In this document: positions 42,643-52,432 of the stretch, piece by piece
Layout of the letters: every line of letters starts with the position of its first letter
Numbering within the stretch: the stretch's first letter is position 1
Assembly: GCA_964392095.1 (NCBI GenBank)
Contig: CAYMOF010000001.1
Coordinates: 12,401 to 76,400 of the forward strand
Direction: 5' to 3'
DNA: 64,000 bases
Source of the DNA: an uncultured Candidatus Saccharibacteria bacterium
GTDB lineage: Bacteria; Patescibacteriota; Andersenbacteria; UBA10190
Program-made: the position numbers and the translations under genes
Notes under the pieces: model-generated
Told to the model about the DNA's origin: nothing
Databases searched by the model: none
The model's input: the letters and a program-made list of their open reading frames with translations, nothing else

Positions 42643-43719
42643 ATGACTAATGTTTTTATCGATATTGTTCTACCCAAAGAATTAAAATGTGATCAGGCTT
42701 TTCAAAACATTTACTTCGTCACCTCCACCCATACTCGAAAACGCTCTCCGGCAGATTGGCAAAAAAAATTTAAAAAGTACTGTCGTCGCGGCCACTTCAA
42801 TTCCGAACTATTCTCCACGAAATTACTCAAGGGATTAAAAATTTTTTCTTTTTACAACCTTTCTTTTTCCCTGCCCTTTTTAGTTGTCAAAGAAAACCCC
42901 TCTTCCGTTACCATCAACCGATACGACTCCCCTAATTCAATACTGGTTTATTTCCTCACCCGCCTGCTGTGCCCTAAAGCAAAGATTTATTTCTATTCTG
43001 AAATGTGGATTTACCCCCAAAATCTGCTCTATAAAATATCATGGCCTGTAATCAGCTACCTCGCCACTCACGCCGACAAGCACTACGTTATAGGCTCGCA
43101 ACAAAAAAAATTCCTTATCAAAAAAAACGTCAGCCCCACAAAAATTATAGTCACCCGCGACGTGCCCTACGCGCCGATTCTTAAGACCTCCAACCTAGTC
43201 GCTCCTCTCAAAGAAAAGTTGGATCACAAAAAGACAATTGAACTGCTTTATATAGGAAGAATCATCCCCTATAAAGGCCTCTTTTATCTCCTCAAGGAAT
43301 ACAAAAAACTAACCGAGCTTTCCCCCAACAAATTTCATCTATCAATAGTCGGCGGCGGTAAAAATCATAACGAGTCTCAATTTTCCGGCGCCGATCCCGA
43401 CTATGAACAAAAGTGTCGTCAATATGCCAGCTTAAATCTCGCCTCTTCCGCATACGATTTCTACGGCTATCAAGAAAAAGTTGCCCCTTATTACAAAAAA
43501 GCTGATTTGTTAATTACCCCCAACATAATTGTCCTCCAAAACATAGTTCCCGCTGAAGCCTGGGGAAGAATAGTCCCTGAAGCTCTAAAAAACCATGTTC
43601 CGGTCCTGGCCACCACTGCCATCCCCTCCGCTCACGATTACATTAAGAACGACATAAACGGTTGGATTGTTAAAAAAATTAATTTCCAACCATTTATCAA
43701 ACTCATTCAAGATGTCTAA
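42643..43719 (+). CDS. GT4 family glycosyltransferase
   Basis: Likely start ATG 42643; YIGRIIPYKG, EAWGRIVPEAL...VPV. Confidence 0.82.
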   Translation: MTNVFIDIVLPKELKCDQAFQNIYFVTSTHTRKRSPADWQKKFKKYCRRGHFNSELFSTKLLKGLKIFSFYNLSFSLPFLVVKENPSSVTINRYDSPNSILVYFLTRLLCPKAKIYFYSEMWIYPQNLLYKISWPVISYLATHADKHYVIGSQQKKFLIKKNVSPTKIIVTRDVPYAPILKTSNLVAPLKEKLDHKKTIELLYIGRIIPYKGLFYLLKEYKKLTELSPNKFHLSIVGGGKNHNESQFSGADPDYEQKCRQYASLNLASSAYDFYGYQEKVAPYYKKADLLITPNIIVLQNIVPAEAWGRIVPEALKNHVPVLATTAIPSAHDYIKNDINGWIVKKINFQPFIKLIQDV

Positions 43720-45082
43720 ACGTCAAGCAATTATTTTTATAATTCTAGTCTTCCTAGTCACTAGGGGCCTTCTTTTTCTCCTGGAAAAAGATCTGTTTTT
43801 GTATAAATTTCCCTATCAAGACGACGCGCCCGCCTATCTTAAAATTTCCCAAATACTCCTTGGTCAAGAAAGCTACGAAAGCTCCAGCTTAAGCCCCTTT
43901 GTACGCGTCCCCGGCTACCCTCTTTTTCTTTCGGCTATTCAAAAACCAGCCGGCTTAAACAACTTCAAGACAATTTTCTTCATCCAGCAATTTATCTCTC
44001 TGGTCATTATTTTCACTTTATTCTTTTACCTCTGTAAAAAAACAAGTATCAAGATGGCCTTAACCCTGGTTCTAATTCTCGCCCTCTTCTTTGACTTCAC
44101 CTTATATGGTTTCCTTATACGTTCAGAAATACTCTTCACTTTTCTAATATTCTTTGGTACTCTAACCCACTTAAACACCGTTAATCGGCGTCAATTAAAA
44201 TGGGCGGTTTTAACCGGCCTTCTCTTTGGGTTGGCTACCCTAACTCGTCCGGTTTCTTTTTTAGCCTTTATTCCCTTATCTCTGACCATCCTGGCCACCA
44301 AACAAAAAGGCTTAAACACTATTGTCTCCTCTCTAAAACTCATTTTTGCCTTCCTTATACCTTTTGTCTTAGTTTTAACACCCTGGCTAACTAGAAACTA
44401 CTCCTTAAGCGGCCGCTTCCTTCTCCAGCAAGATTTAAGCAACATTTATTATGCCACCCTGCCAGGAGGCCACTGGCAGTCAGTCCAAATTACCGACGTA
44501 ATCGACACTGCCGACAAAGACTACCTTGCTATCGACTCCGAAATGACCGCCTTAGCTGTAAAAAACATCAAAGAAAAACCTAACGTCTGGATAAAAAACA
44601 GTCTGCGTAGTTTTCTCTATCGCCTCTGGTCGATGGGCTTCACTGATACCTATCTGCGCTACTTTGAATATACTCCTGACACCGGCGGTTATCACAAATC
44701 ATCCATCAGTCCCCTGTCTAAACTAATCAGCTCTATCAATATTTTTTCAAATCGCTATTCAATAAATCCAATCCATCACCTATACCTTGTTATTAATAAT
44801 ATAATTGGCTTTTCTTTTATCTTAATGTCTCTTTTCTGCCTAATCGTATTTCCCTACTTTAAAAGAAACGCCATCGTGATTTTCACAATATTTCTATATT
44901 TCTGGAGTATCACCTCGATTTTTGCCTTCAGCGGCTCACGTTATATGATCCCTATGGTGCCCCTCCTTTTCCTCTTGACTCCAGACATACTCGCAGGTGC
45001 CCGCTCACTATTCAGTCCCCAAAAAGAGTCCCTGTCTTACCACTCTTTTATAAAAAGATCGCTCTTAAAACCCTTTTCCTGA
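43712..45082 (+). CDS. GT-C glycosyltransferase (ArnT/PMT-like)
   Basis: Likely start ATG 43712; QDDAPAY, RVPGYPLFL, SEILF, GLATLTRP, PWLTRNY, SRY. Confidence 0.85.
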   Translation: MSKRQAIIFIILVFLVTRGLLFLLEKDLFLYKFPYQDDAPAYLKISQILLGQESYESSSLSPFVRVPGYPLFLSAIQKPAGLNNFKTIFFIQQFISLVIIFTLFFYLCKKTSIKMALTLVLILALFFDFTLYGFLIRSEILFTFLIFFGTLTHLNTVNRRQLKWAVLTGLLFGLATLTRPVSFLAFIPLSLTILATKQKGLNTIVSSLKLIFAFLIPFVLVLTPWLTRNYSLSGRFLLQQDLSNIYYATLPGGHWQSVQITDVIDTADKDYLAIDSEMTALAVKNIKEKPNVWIKNSLRSFLYRLWSMGFTDTYLRYFEYTPDTGGYHKSSISPLSKLISSINIFSNRYSINPIHHLYLVINNIIGFSFILMSLFCLIVFPYFKRNAIVIFTIFLYFWSITSIFAFSGSRYMIPMVPLLFLLTPDILAGARSLFSPQKESLSYHSFIKRSLLKPFS

Positions 45083-45821
45083 CCCTCGCGAACCTATAGC
45101 CCATACCCAGTTTAAATAAAATCCAGAGGGACTCAAATATTAGTTTTAATCTAAAATTAGATTTTCCGCGCGCCCGATTAACAAAAACTGTCGGCACTTC
45201 TACTATCTTGTTCCCCTTAATATGCCACTGCAGTAGTTCCTGACTCAACATAATGAAACCGTCCGCGTCTAATCTGTCCAAATCTAAAGCAACCAACTGC
45301 TCCCATCCGAATACCCTGTAGCCATTAGTGTAATCCCTTATCCCCACAGACAAAACAAGCCTGGCTAAACAATTTGCTAAAGCGCTAAACACCCTTCTCC
45401 CCTCCGGCCAGCCGACAATTTTACTTCCCCTTATATAACGTGAGCCCACCACTACTTCCCCCCCACTCAACGCCGCTAGCAGTTTCGGCAAATCCTTAGG
45501 ATCATGAGAAAAATCTGCGTCAGCAACGGCTATAACCCCCTTCTCATAGTTTTTCTTTAAATACTTATAACTTTCAACAATAGCCGCTCCTCTGCCCTGC
45601 TTCCTGTCGCACTCTAAAACCATAACCCCCTTATCATTCCCAAATTGTTTTTTAACTATTTGGGCCGTACCGTCCGGAGAATCACTATCAGCCACTATTA
45701 TTTTTATTTCCCTCTCTACTTCCCTAAAACCATTAATTAACGACACTATATTGCTAGCCTCGTTAAAAGTTGGAATTATTAAAAATAGGTTTTTCTCCGC
45801 CGCAACTTTTTCATTCATCAA
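45048..45821 (-). CDS. Polyprenol monophosphomannose synthase-like GT2
   Basis: IIPTFNEASN, DSDSPDGT, GRGAA, DADFSH.P, DYTNGYR, FVNRARGKS. Confidence 0.9.
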   Translation of the reverse strand: MMNEKVAAEKNLFLIIPTFNEASNIVSLINGFREVEREIKIIVADSDSPDGTAQIVKKQFGNDKGVMVLECDRKQGRGAAIVESYKYLKKNYEKGVIAVADADFSHDPKDLPKLLAALSGGEVVVGSRYIRGSKIVGWPEGRRVFSALANCLARLVLSVGIRDYTNGYRVFGWEQLVALDLDRLDADGFIMLSQELLQWHIKGNKIVEVPTVFVNRARGKSNFRLKLIFESLWILFKLGMGYRFARVRKRVLRAIFL

Positions 45822-47046
45822 ACAAGCTCAAAAAATCATCAAAAACAGAAACCACATACGCCAAATCACTTTCCAACAACCCCTGATGAACTCCGATGTG
45901 GTAACCAGCCCCGCCGATATATTCTGCCACCGGAAAATCACCTCGCTTATACCCTAAAAACTCATAAGCCTTGTGCTGCGTCGGCAGGCTCCCAAAAAGA
46001 CGCTTCCACTCAATGCCCGCCTCGGTTAACATTTTTTCTATCTCTGGACCCCTAAACGGTGCCCTTTCTTCAACAACAAAAGGGAAACCCTGCGGCCCAA
46101 TCACTTCATAATCTTCCACTTTGGGCAAATCAATAAAACCCCGCTCTCTTTGCAAAGTCGCCAAATTTTCCAGCAAATAATCGTAGTTATACTTTCTCTT
46201 TTTTCTTATCTCTTCATACCTCAAGCACTGATCCACGCCCAGAGCGGCTTCCAACTCATTCATTTTACTGTTAAAACCCACTCTATGAAAATCGAAATCT
46301 AATTTCCCTGGTGGACGGCCATGAGACCGCAACGACATATATATATCCCTCATTTTCTCGTCATCCGTCGTTACCACCCCTCCCTCGCCAGTGCAAATAA
46401 GATGCGCGGCATATAAACTAAACGACGTTCCAATACCCCTACTACCTATTCTAGTCCCTTTATAAAAACTGCCGTGGGCCTGGCAACCATCCTCAAAAAC
46501 CAATAGGTCATGCTTCTTTGCTATCTCACGAATTTCATCCATAGCCGCTGGTTTACCCATTATATGAACCGGAAATATGGCTCGTGTGTTTTTAGTTATC
46601 GCTTCTTCAATTTTACCCGCATCAATATTGAACGTCTCTCGTTCCACATCAACAAATTTTGGAGAAAGCCCTGCTGCCAATACGGAATTAGCGGTAGCGC
46701 TAAAAGTCAAAGCTGGCAGTATTACCTCATCCCCTCTTTTTGCTCCAAAATCATACAGGCTCGACATCATTAAAGTACAAGCATCCGTACCGGAACTAAC
46801 CGCCACCGCGTACTTGGCGCTCACAACTTCGGCAAAAAGCTTCTCAAACCTGGGAACGTAAGGACCGGTGCTAACCCGGCTAGTTTCTAAACAATCCTTT
46901 AAAAAAGCCCACGCCCTTGGACCTATATCCACAGATCCGTAACCAACTTTGCGCCCACTAACAGCTCTGGGCATTTCCTTGCTTTCTTTAAGCCCAACAG
47001 CTGTTTCCTCCTTAAAATTACCCTTTATTTTCAAATCATCGCTCAT
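45811..47046 (-). CDS. DegT/DnrJ/EryC1/StrS-family PLP enzyme, His-type (ColD-like NDP-sugar 3-dehydratase)
   Basis: VSSGT.A, GDEVI.PALTF.AT, EDGCQAHG, SLYAAHLICTGEGG with His at the usual Lys position. Confidence 0.82.
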   Translation of the reverse strand: MSDDLKIKGNFKEETAVGLKESKEMPRAVSGRKVGYGSVDIGPRAWAFLKDCLETSRVSTGPYVPRFEKLFAEVVSAKYAVAVSSGTDACTLMMSSLYDFGAKRGDEVILPALTFSATANSVLAAGLSPKFVDVERETFNIDAGKIEEAITKNTRAIFPVHIMGKPAAMDEIREIAKKHDLLVFEDGCQAHGSFYKGTRIGSRGIGTSFSLYAAHLICTGEGGVVTTDDEKMRDIYMSLRSHGRPPGKLDFDFHRVGFNSKMNELEAALGVDQCLRYEEIRKKRKYNYDYLLENLATLQRERGFIDLPKVEDYEVIGPQGFPFVVEERAPFRGPEIEKMLTEAGIEWKRLFGSLPTQHKAYEFLGYKRGDFPVAEYIGGAGYHIGVHQGLLESDLAYVVSVFDDFLSLFDE

Positions 47047-47207
47047 AAATATGGTTAAATTTTAGCCTACTAATAAATAAATTTCCAAACAGGGTCTTTT
47101 CTATTTCTTTCGATCATAACACTTAACAACTTATAACGCCTTCCGACAACAACTAATTCATTCTCATGCAACTAACAACTGCGCACTTGATGGTAAAATT
47201 AGTTTAT

Positions 47208-48731
47208 TCAAAACACACTCTTGACAATCAGCGCATCTTTTATGCTTTTAAAAACCCGCTTTCCTACTTCAACATCTTTTTTATTCCACACCCCAGCTTT
47301 TTTGACCATAAACAAATAAATAATCACAAAACCAACCAATGACAACAAGGACCTCATTAAATCATCTCCTTTTAATACAATCAGACCTGTTGTTCCCGCA
47401 ACTCCAACTGCAAAAGCATGTCGCCTAATACCCGACACGTCCAAGCCTACCCCATAAATCCTCCTTGTTAGAAAGTAAAAACACACTGATTGCATAATCA
47501 AGCTCAAAGCTGTAGAAAACGCCACCCCGTTAATCCCCCAAATACCCACCAAACTTATTGACAGAAAAATATTTATCAATGCAACAATTAAGTTAACAAC
47601 AAAAATCATCACTGTTCTTCCATACGCAACTAGAACATTGCTCGACAAACTCAATAGTGAGCTCACAACAATTCCTGATACCACGATAACCAACGCGGTC
47701 CTTCCTCCTATAAAACTCTCTCCAAAAACAGCCCTGATAAAAAAACGACTCCACAGGATCAAAACTACCGCCACAGGAAAAGTTAAACCGAATATCCATC
47801 TGGTTACATCACTAAATATTTCTTTCACGGCTTTGTTTTTTTTCAGAGAAGCCTGCTCTGAAACCTGGGCAATAAATAACTGCGATATAACCCGATAAAA
47901 AAAAGACACCAACAACGCCAAAGAATATGAAGCCGAATATAAACCTAAATTAGTATTGTCTAAATACCTAGCAATAATCAAATTATCACTCCAGTTCAAA
48001 ACCATCGCGAAAAAACCCGACAACAACAATGGTAGAGAAAACAAAAGCCACTCTCTGATGGGCCACGAACCTTTTTTATACCCAACACCCAAGTCTATTT
48101 TAGCAATCAAAAACAAATCAACAACCAAAGCTATAAAAACAGACAAGAATAAAATAAAGGCCATGAAGACCATATCCAACCCCTTCCAAAAACCAATCAG
48201 TACACCGATAATTAACACTATTTTTTCAACAATATGGTATGAAAAATTTCTATAGAAATACCGTTTCTCCGCTAAAAAAATATTTCTAACAATGTTCGTT
48301 AAAACAGCCAATGGTATCGCCAGAACAATAAAAACAAGTAAATCATTAAATCGGGTTGGCTGACTTAAAAAAAGTCTTAGCGCCTCCCGATTCCACCACA
48401 GCAATGACGACATTAATACGGATACCAATAGAGGTACCCCACAGACAAAGAAAAGATAGTTGCCTCCCAAAGACCCTCCCCTCGCTTTGTACCACGGCAA
48501 ATATCTGGAAATACTGTTAACCAGCCCAAAACCAGCGATAAGGACAAAAAACCTAAGCAATGTGTCCAATAATGAATAGGCGCCAAACTCACTAACTGTA
48601 TAAGCTCGGGCTAACAGAACCCTAAAAAGCCAAACCAATAGCGTACTGACCACCAAAAACGAAAAGGTAGTACCTGCCCCACGAGCCACGTTTTCCTGGG
48701 CCGAAATGTCTCTGGAGACCGACATCATCAA
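47208..48731 (-). CDS. Wzx-type flippase (MOP superfamily)
   Basis: LAR....EFG.Y, ISRYLP, LLFSLPL, WSDNLII, GLYSASY, WGINGVA. Confidence 0.88.
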   Translation of the reverse strand: MMMSVSRDISAQENVARGAGTTFSFLVVSTLLVWLFRVLLARAYTVSEFGAYSLLDTLLRFFVLIAGFGLVNSISRYLPWYKARGGSLGGNYLFFVCGVPLLVSVLMSSLLWWNREALRLFLSQPTRFNDLLVFIVLAIPLAVLTNIVRNIFLAEKRYFYRNFSYHIVEKIVLIIGVLIGFWKGLDMVFMAFILFLSVFIALVVDLFLIAKIDLGVGYKKGSWPIREWLLFSLPLLLSGFFAMVLNWSDNLIIARYLDNTNLGLYSASYSLALLVSFFYRVISQLFIAQVSEQASLKKNKAVKEIFSDVTRWIFGLTFPVAVVLILWSRFFIRAVFGESFIGGRTALVIVVSGIVVSSLLSLSSNVLVAYGRTVMIFVVNLIVALINIFLSISLVGIWGINGVAFSTALSLIMQSVCFYFLTRRIYGVGLDVSGIRRHAFAVGVAGTTGLIVLKGDDLMRSLLSLVGFVIIYLFMVKKAGVWNKKDVEVGKRVFKSIKDALIVKSVF

Positions 48732-49500
48732 TTATTCACACTTTTACGAAAATGCTTACTTCCCCCGGATGAACAGTTTCTGTTTTTTAACCTGCTCACT
48801 AAACAATTAATAGCAGATGCCCATAAACTGTTTTTTACCGCTCTACTACCCGCGTCTCCTTCTTTCGTAATGAAACTTAACTTTCTTCGCCCTTTATAAC
48901 GACCGCTTGTATGAAAAAATCTTTCCCACTTCCACTTGTTTTTTGTAGCCACAGCCATCACATACACAGAAGCGCGCCTGTGATTATTGTATTTCAAAAG
49001 CAAAACATCCATGCCCAATTCATTAAACATTTTTTTACGGCCGAAGGACTGAAACGCCAGTAATCACCATACTCGTCGTGCATCGGCTGCAGAAAAGGAA
49101 CCACCACAATGACCACATCCCTTGATAAAGCACAGATATTCCGTAAAGCCTTCTTGTAATTGTAAATATGTTCCAGTGTTGTATGATTAAACACCACATC
49201 AAATCTGCCCTTTAACTCAGAGGATAGCCCCTTTTCCAAATCAAGGAATATTTCTCCCTCCTCTCCTTGATAACCACGTTTTTCCGCTACGTAATTACTA
49301 ACTCTATAACTACTCGCACTGCTAAAATAGTTTTTGTACTTTCCACCCTCCTTGTCTTCGTCCCTCCACGCTGAAACATTAATTACTGATCCAGTAAAAA
49401 GCCCAGAGAACTTACGAAGTTCTTCATTAGACCACAACCTTGGCAATCTATACACCCTATCCGTAAAAAGGGGATATGCTTTTCGCCTTAACATAAACAT
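48728..49500 (-). pseudogene. Class I methyltransferase-like protein interrupted by a frameshift in an A7 tract
   Basis: FDVVFNHTTLEH, VPFLQ..H...GDYWRF. GTA AAA AAA TG (49030-36): one more A joins it to MFNELG...ASVYVMAVAT. Confidence 0.75.
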
Positions 49501-49582
49501 GTTTTAATCTTTTAAAAGACCCATCATCTCATACTTTATACTACATATAAAAAACTTCCCTTAACAAGCTGCTATAAAACCC

Positions 49583-50587
49583 ATGAAAATATTTCTGCCA
49601 ATTAACATCAAACCAACCGGCGGCAGTTCAACCTTCGCCGTCAAATTTCAACAAGGCATGGCCAAAAAGGGCCACCAGGTTTTTTTTAAATCCTCTACTG
49701 ATTACGACATTCTTTTTGTCTTAGCTTCCTGCCCCTGGCGATTCCTCTTTCAAGCTAAAAGTCAAAAGAAAAGAATAGCTCACCGCCTCGACGGAGTTTA
49801 CTATCCCACCACCACCGCCGGTTATTTATATCCTCTCATGAACGCTCCTCTAAAAATCATTCATCGTTATTTTTCAGATTTTACTATCTACCAAAGCCAA
49901 TATTCAAAAAAATGCTGCGACCTATTCCTGGGTAAAACCAAAAATCGCCAATCCACAATTATCATGAACGGAGTGGCCAATAAAACCTTCTCTCCCCAAG
50001 GACCTAAAATTTCAATAAGAGAAAACTCCAAACAAAAAATATTCATCACCCATTCCCGGTTCCGACGCCCCGACCAAATCACTCCTCTTCTCAAATCCTT
50101 ATCTGTATTCAAAAAAGAATATTCTGATAATTTCAAATTCCTAATTATTGGCGACAGCCCGGCAATAGATCTTGAATATCTTGTCAAAAAATACAATTTA
50201 TCAAAATTAACGAAAACGCTGGGCATTATTACTAACAATAAAATCCCTTCTTACTTGCGCTCCGCCGATGTTTTTTTGTTTAGCCACCTAAACCCCCCCT
50301 GCCCCAATAACGTTTTGGAAGCCATGTCTTGTGGTCTGCCTATTTGCGGCGTCGCCGACGGAGCCATGCCGGAAATTGTCACCCCTGGATTAAACGGGGA
50401 GCTCATCAACGCGCCCGGAGAAGCTTTCTACCGCTTACGTCCTTTTAACACCAACCAGTTTGCTAAAAATCTCAACAAAATCTTGTCTAACCACGAACAC
50501 TACCAAACCAAAGCTTCAAACATAGCTCAAGAGAGCTTCTCCCTAAACAACATGATAACCACTTATGAAAAAATCATCTCTCGATAA
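49583..50587 (+). CDS. GT4 family glycosyltransferase
   Basis: HRLDG, IYQS.YS, PCPNNVLEAMSCGLP. Confidence 0.88.
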   Translation: MKIFLPINIKPTGGSSTFAVKFQQGMAKKGHQVFFKSSTDYDILFVLASCPWRFLFQAKSQKKRIAHRLDGVYYPTTTAGYLYPLMNAPLKIIHRYFSDFTIYQSQYSKKCCDLFLGKTKNRQSTIIMNGVANKTFSPQGPKISIRENSKQKIFITHSRFRRPDQITPLLKSLSVFKKEYSDNFKFLIIGDSPAIDLEYLVKKYNLSKLTKTLGIITNNKIPSYLRSADVFLFSHLNPPCPNNVLEAMSCGLPICGVADGAMPEIVTPGLNGELINAPGEAFYRLRPFNTNQFAKNLNKILSNHEHYQTKASNIAQESFSLNNMITTYEKIISR

Positions 50588-50608
50588 ACCCACCCCGCTA
50601 AACACTGA

Positions 50609-50803
50609 ACTGTAAGCGTTTTATCCCAAAATGATATAAAATACCTTAACCTAACGAAAAACATAAAAGAAGCTCAAATGCGACATCAACTATATTTCAC
50701 TTACTCCGACGGCCATCTTAACAAAACCGGATCAGAAATAATCGGCCGCGCCCTAGTTAAAAAATTCACTTCCTGGCTTCAAAATAAACCCGCTCACAAA
50801 TAA
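50609..50803 (+). pseudogene. C-terminal fragment of an SGNH hydrolase/O-acetyltransferase domain
   Basis: Open frame NDIKYLNLTKNIKEAQMRHQLYFTYSDGHLNKTGSEIIGRAL...* carries the block V D-x-H-x-N-x-x-G motif; no upstream part. Confidence 0.65.
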
Positions 50804-50821
50804 CTTTGTCTTTCGATTTTT

Positions 50822-51556
50822 ATGGTTTCTCTCCTCTCCTCTAACTACCTCTCCCGCTTTCCCGTGGACCAAGCCATGAAACGGTTCAGTCGCCGTTTCA
50901 ATCCTTCTCAAAAAGTCCTGGATATCGGCTGTGGTCATAAGCCCTACGCCAAATATTTCTCCTGTGAATACACGGGACTAGATCACTCAAAAAATACTTC
51001 AGCCGATATAATTGCCGACAGCTCTTCTATTCCTCTGCCCGACAACTCATTTGACGGCATAATCTTAAACCAAACCCTGGAACATACCCAAAACCTTGCC
51101 GATACAATCAACGAAATAAAACGTCTCTTAAAAAAAGACGGTCTTTGTCTTATCTCCGTACCCGCGGCTATGAAAATACATTCCCTTCCTCTGCCTGTAA
51201 AAGAAGCCCCCGCGAACAACTTTAAACCCGATCTTTTAAGCTACTGGAACATCGACTACTGGCGATTCACCAAATACGGACTCATTATCCTTTTCCGCGA
51301 TTTCTACGTTTTAAACATAAAAGAAACCTCCGGCTACTTCGGCACCCTTTTTCAGATGTCCAATTACTTCTTCGCCTCGTTTGGTTTAGGAAAATTATTT
51401 TCTCCCCTATACTTCATCAATAACGCTTTAGGAGTCTCTATTGACGCAGTAGTTATCAAAACCTGCCGAAACAGTCCTGTTGCTGTCCTTAAAAAGTTTT
51501 ACGACCTTATCTACTCAAGTTTTCCTCTCAACTATATATTGATTATTAAAAAATAG
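50822..51556 (+). CDS. Class I SAM-dependent methyltransferase (Methyltransf_11)
   Basis: VLDIGCG.KPY, FD.IILNQTLEH, DYWRFT.YGL. Confidence 0.9.
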   Translation: MVSLLSSNYLSRFPVDQAMKRFSRRFNPSQKVLDIGCGHKPYAKYFSCEYTGLDHSKNTSADIIADSSSIPLPDNSFDGIILNQTLEHTQNLADTINEIKRLLKKDGLCLISVPAAMKIHSLPLPVKEAPANNFKPDLLSYWNIDYWRFTKYGLIILFRDFYVLNIKETSGYFGTLFQMSNYFFASFGLGKLFSPLYFINNALGVSIDAVVIKTCRNSPVAVLKKFYDLIYSSFPLNYILIIKK

Positions 51557-51613
51557 CTTCTTGCTATCTCTACTCACAATCATAAAAACTGAACCCTCGC
51601 CTATAGAAAAATT

Positions 51614-52432
51614 ATGAAATACTACGACCCCAAAAACAAAAGATTATACTTCACCGGCCCGGCGGCTACCTGCTGTTACTGGGACAAACAATGGAAAGAA
51701 GACAATGACATTGTAAAGCTCCTCAAAACCGGCGGCGGCGACAATCTAGTCAGATCAATCACTCCCAAGTTTATCCAGCCCTCCCCTCAAGCCAAAGTAA
51801 TTGACGCCGGCTGCGGCAAAGGACAACACGTTGTCTCTTTAAAAAATCTGGGCTACTCGTCTTATGGGGTTGACTACGCCCCTAAAACCATCTCTCTCAT
51901 AAAAAAAATCAGGCCTGACCTGAAAGTAAGTTGTGCCGACATTACCGACCTCCCTTTTCCTAATGCCTACTTCGACGGTTACTGGTCGCTGGGAGTAATT
52001 GAACATTTCTACTCCGGCTTCGAGCCAGCGGCTAAAGAGATGGCCAGAGTAGTAAAGCCAAACGGCTACCTCTTTCTTGTTTTTCCCCACATGTCCTCCT
52101 TAAGAAAAACAAAATCGGCTTTATCTTTTTATCACACCTTCGACCCTCAAATTCACGACGCTGCCCATTTTTATCAGTTCGCGCTCCACGACAAAGACGT
52201 TATCAAAACCATGAGCCAATACGGCTTTCGCCTGATTTCCAAGAAGAAAAACAACGGACTTAAAGGACTAAAAGATGAATCGGCCTTCCTAAAGCCGCTA
52301 CTTCAACAACTATACGATCACCCTTCCCCGCCTATAAAAGCCACTAAAGTAATACTTTCAAAATTACTAACCCCGCTCACCAGCCACACTGTCGTTCTGG
52401 TTATGAAGAAGCAGGATAATAATTACGCCTAA
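51614..52432 (+). CDS. Class I SAM-dependent methyltransferase
   Basis: IDAGCGKG, GVDY, LPF...YFDGYWSLGVIEHF, RVVKPNG. Confidence 0.9.
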   Translation: MKYYDPKNKRLYFTGPAATCCYWDKQWKEDNDIVKLLKTGGGDNLVRSITPKFIQPSPQAKVIDAGCGKGQHVVSLKNLGYSSYGVDYAPKTISLIKKIRPDLKVSCADITDLPFPNAYFDGYWSLGVIEHFYSGFEPAAKEMARVVKPNGYLFLVFPHMSSLRKTKSALSFYHTFDPQIHDAAHFYQFALHDKDVIKTMSQYGFRLISKKKNNGLKGLKDESAFLKPLLQQLYDHPSPPIKATKVILSKLLTPLTSHTVVLVMKKQDNNYA

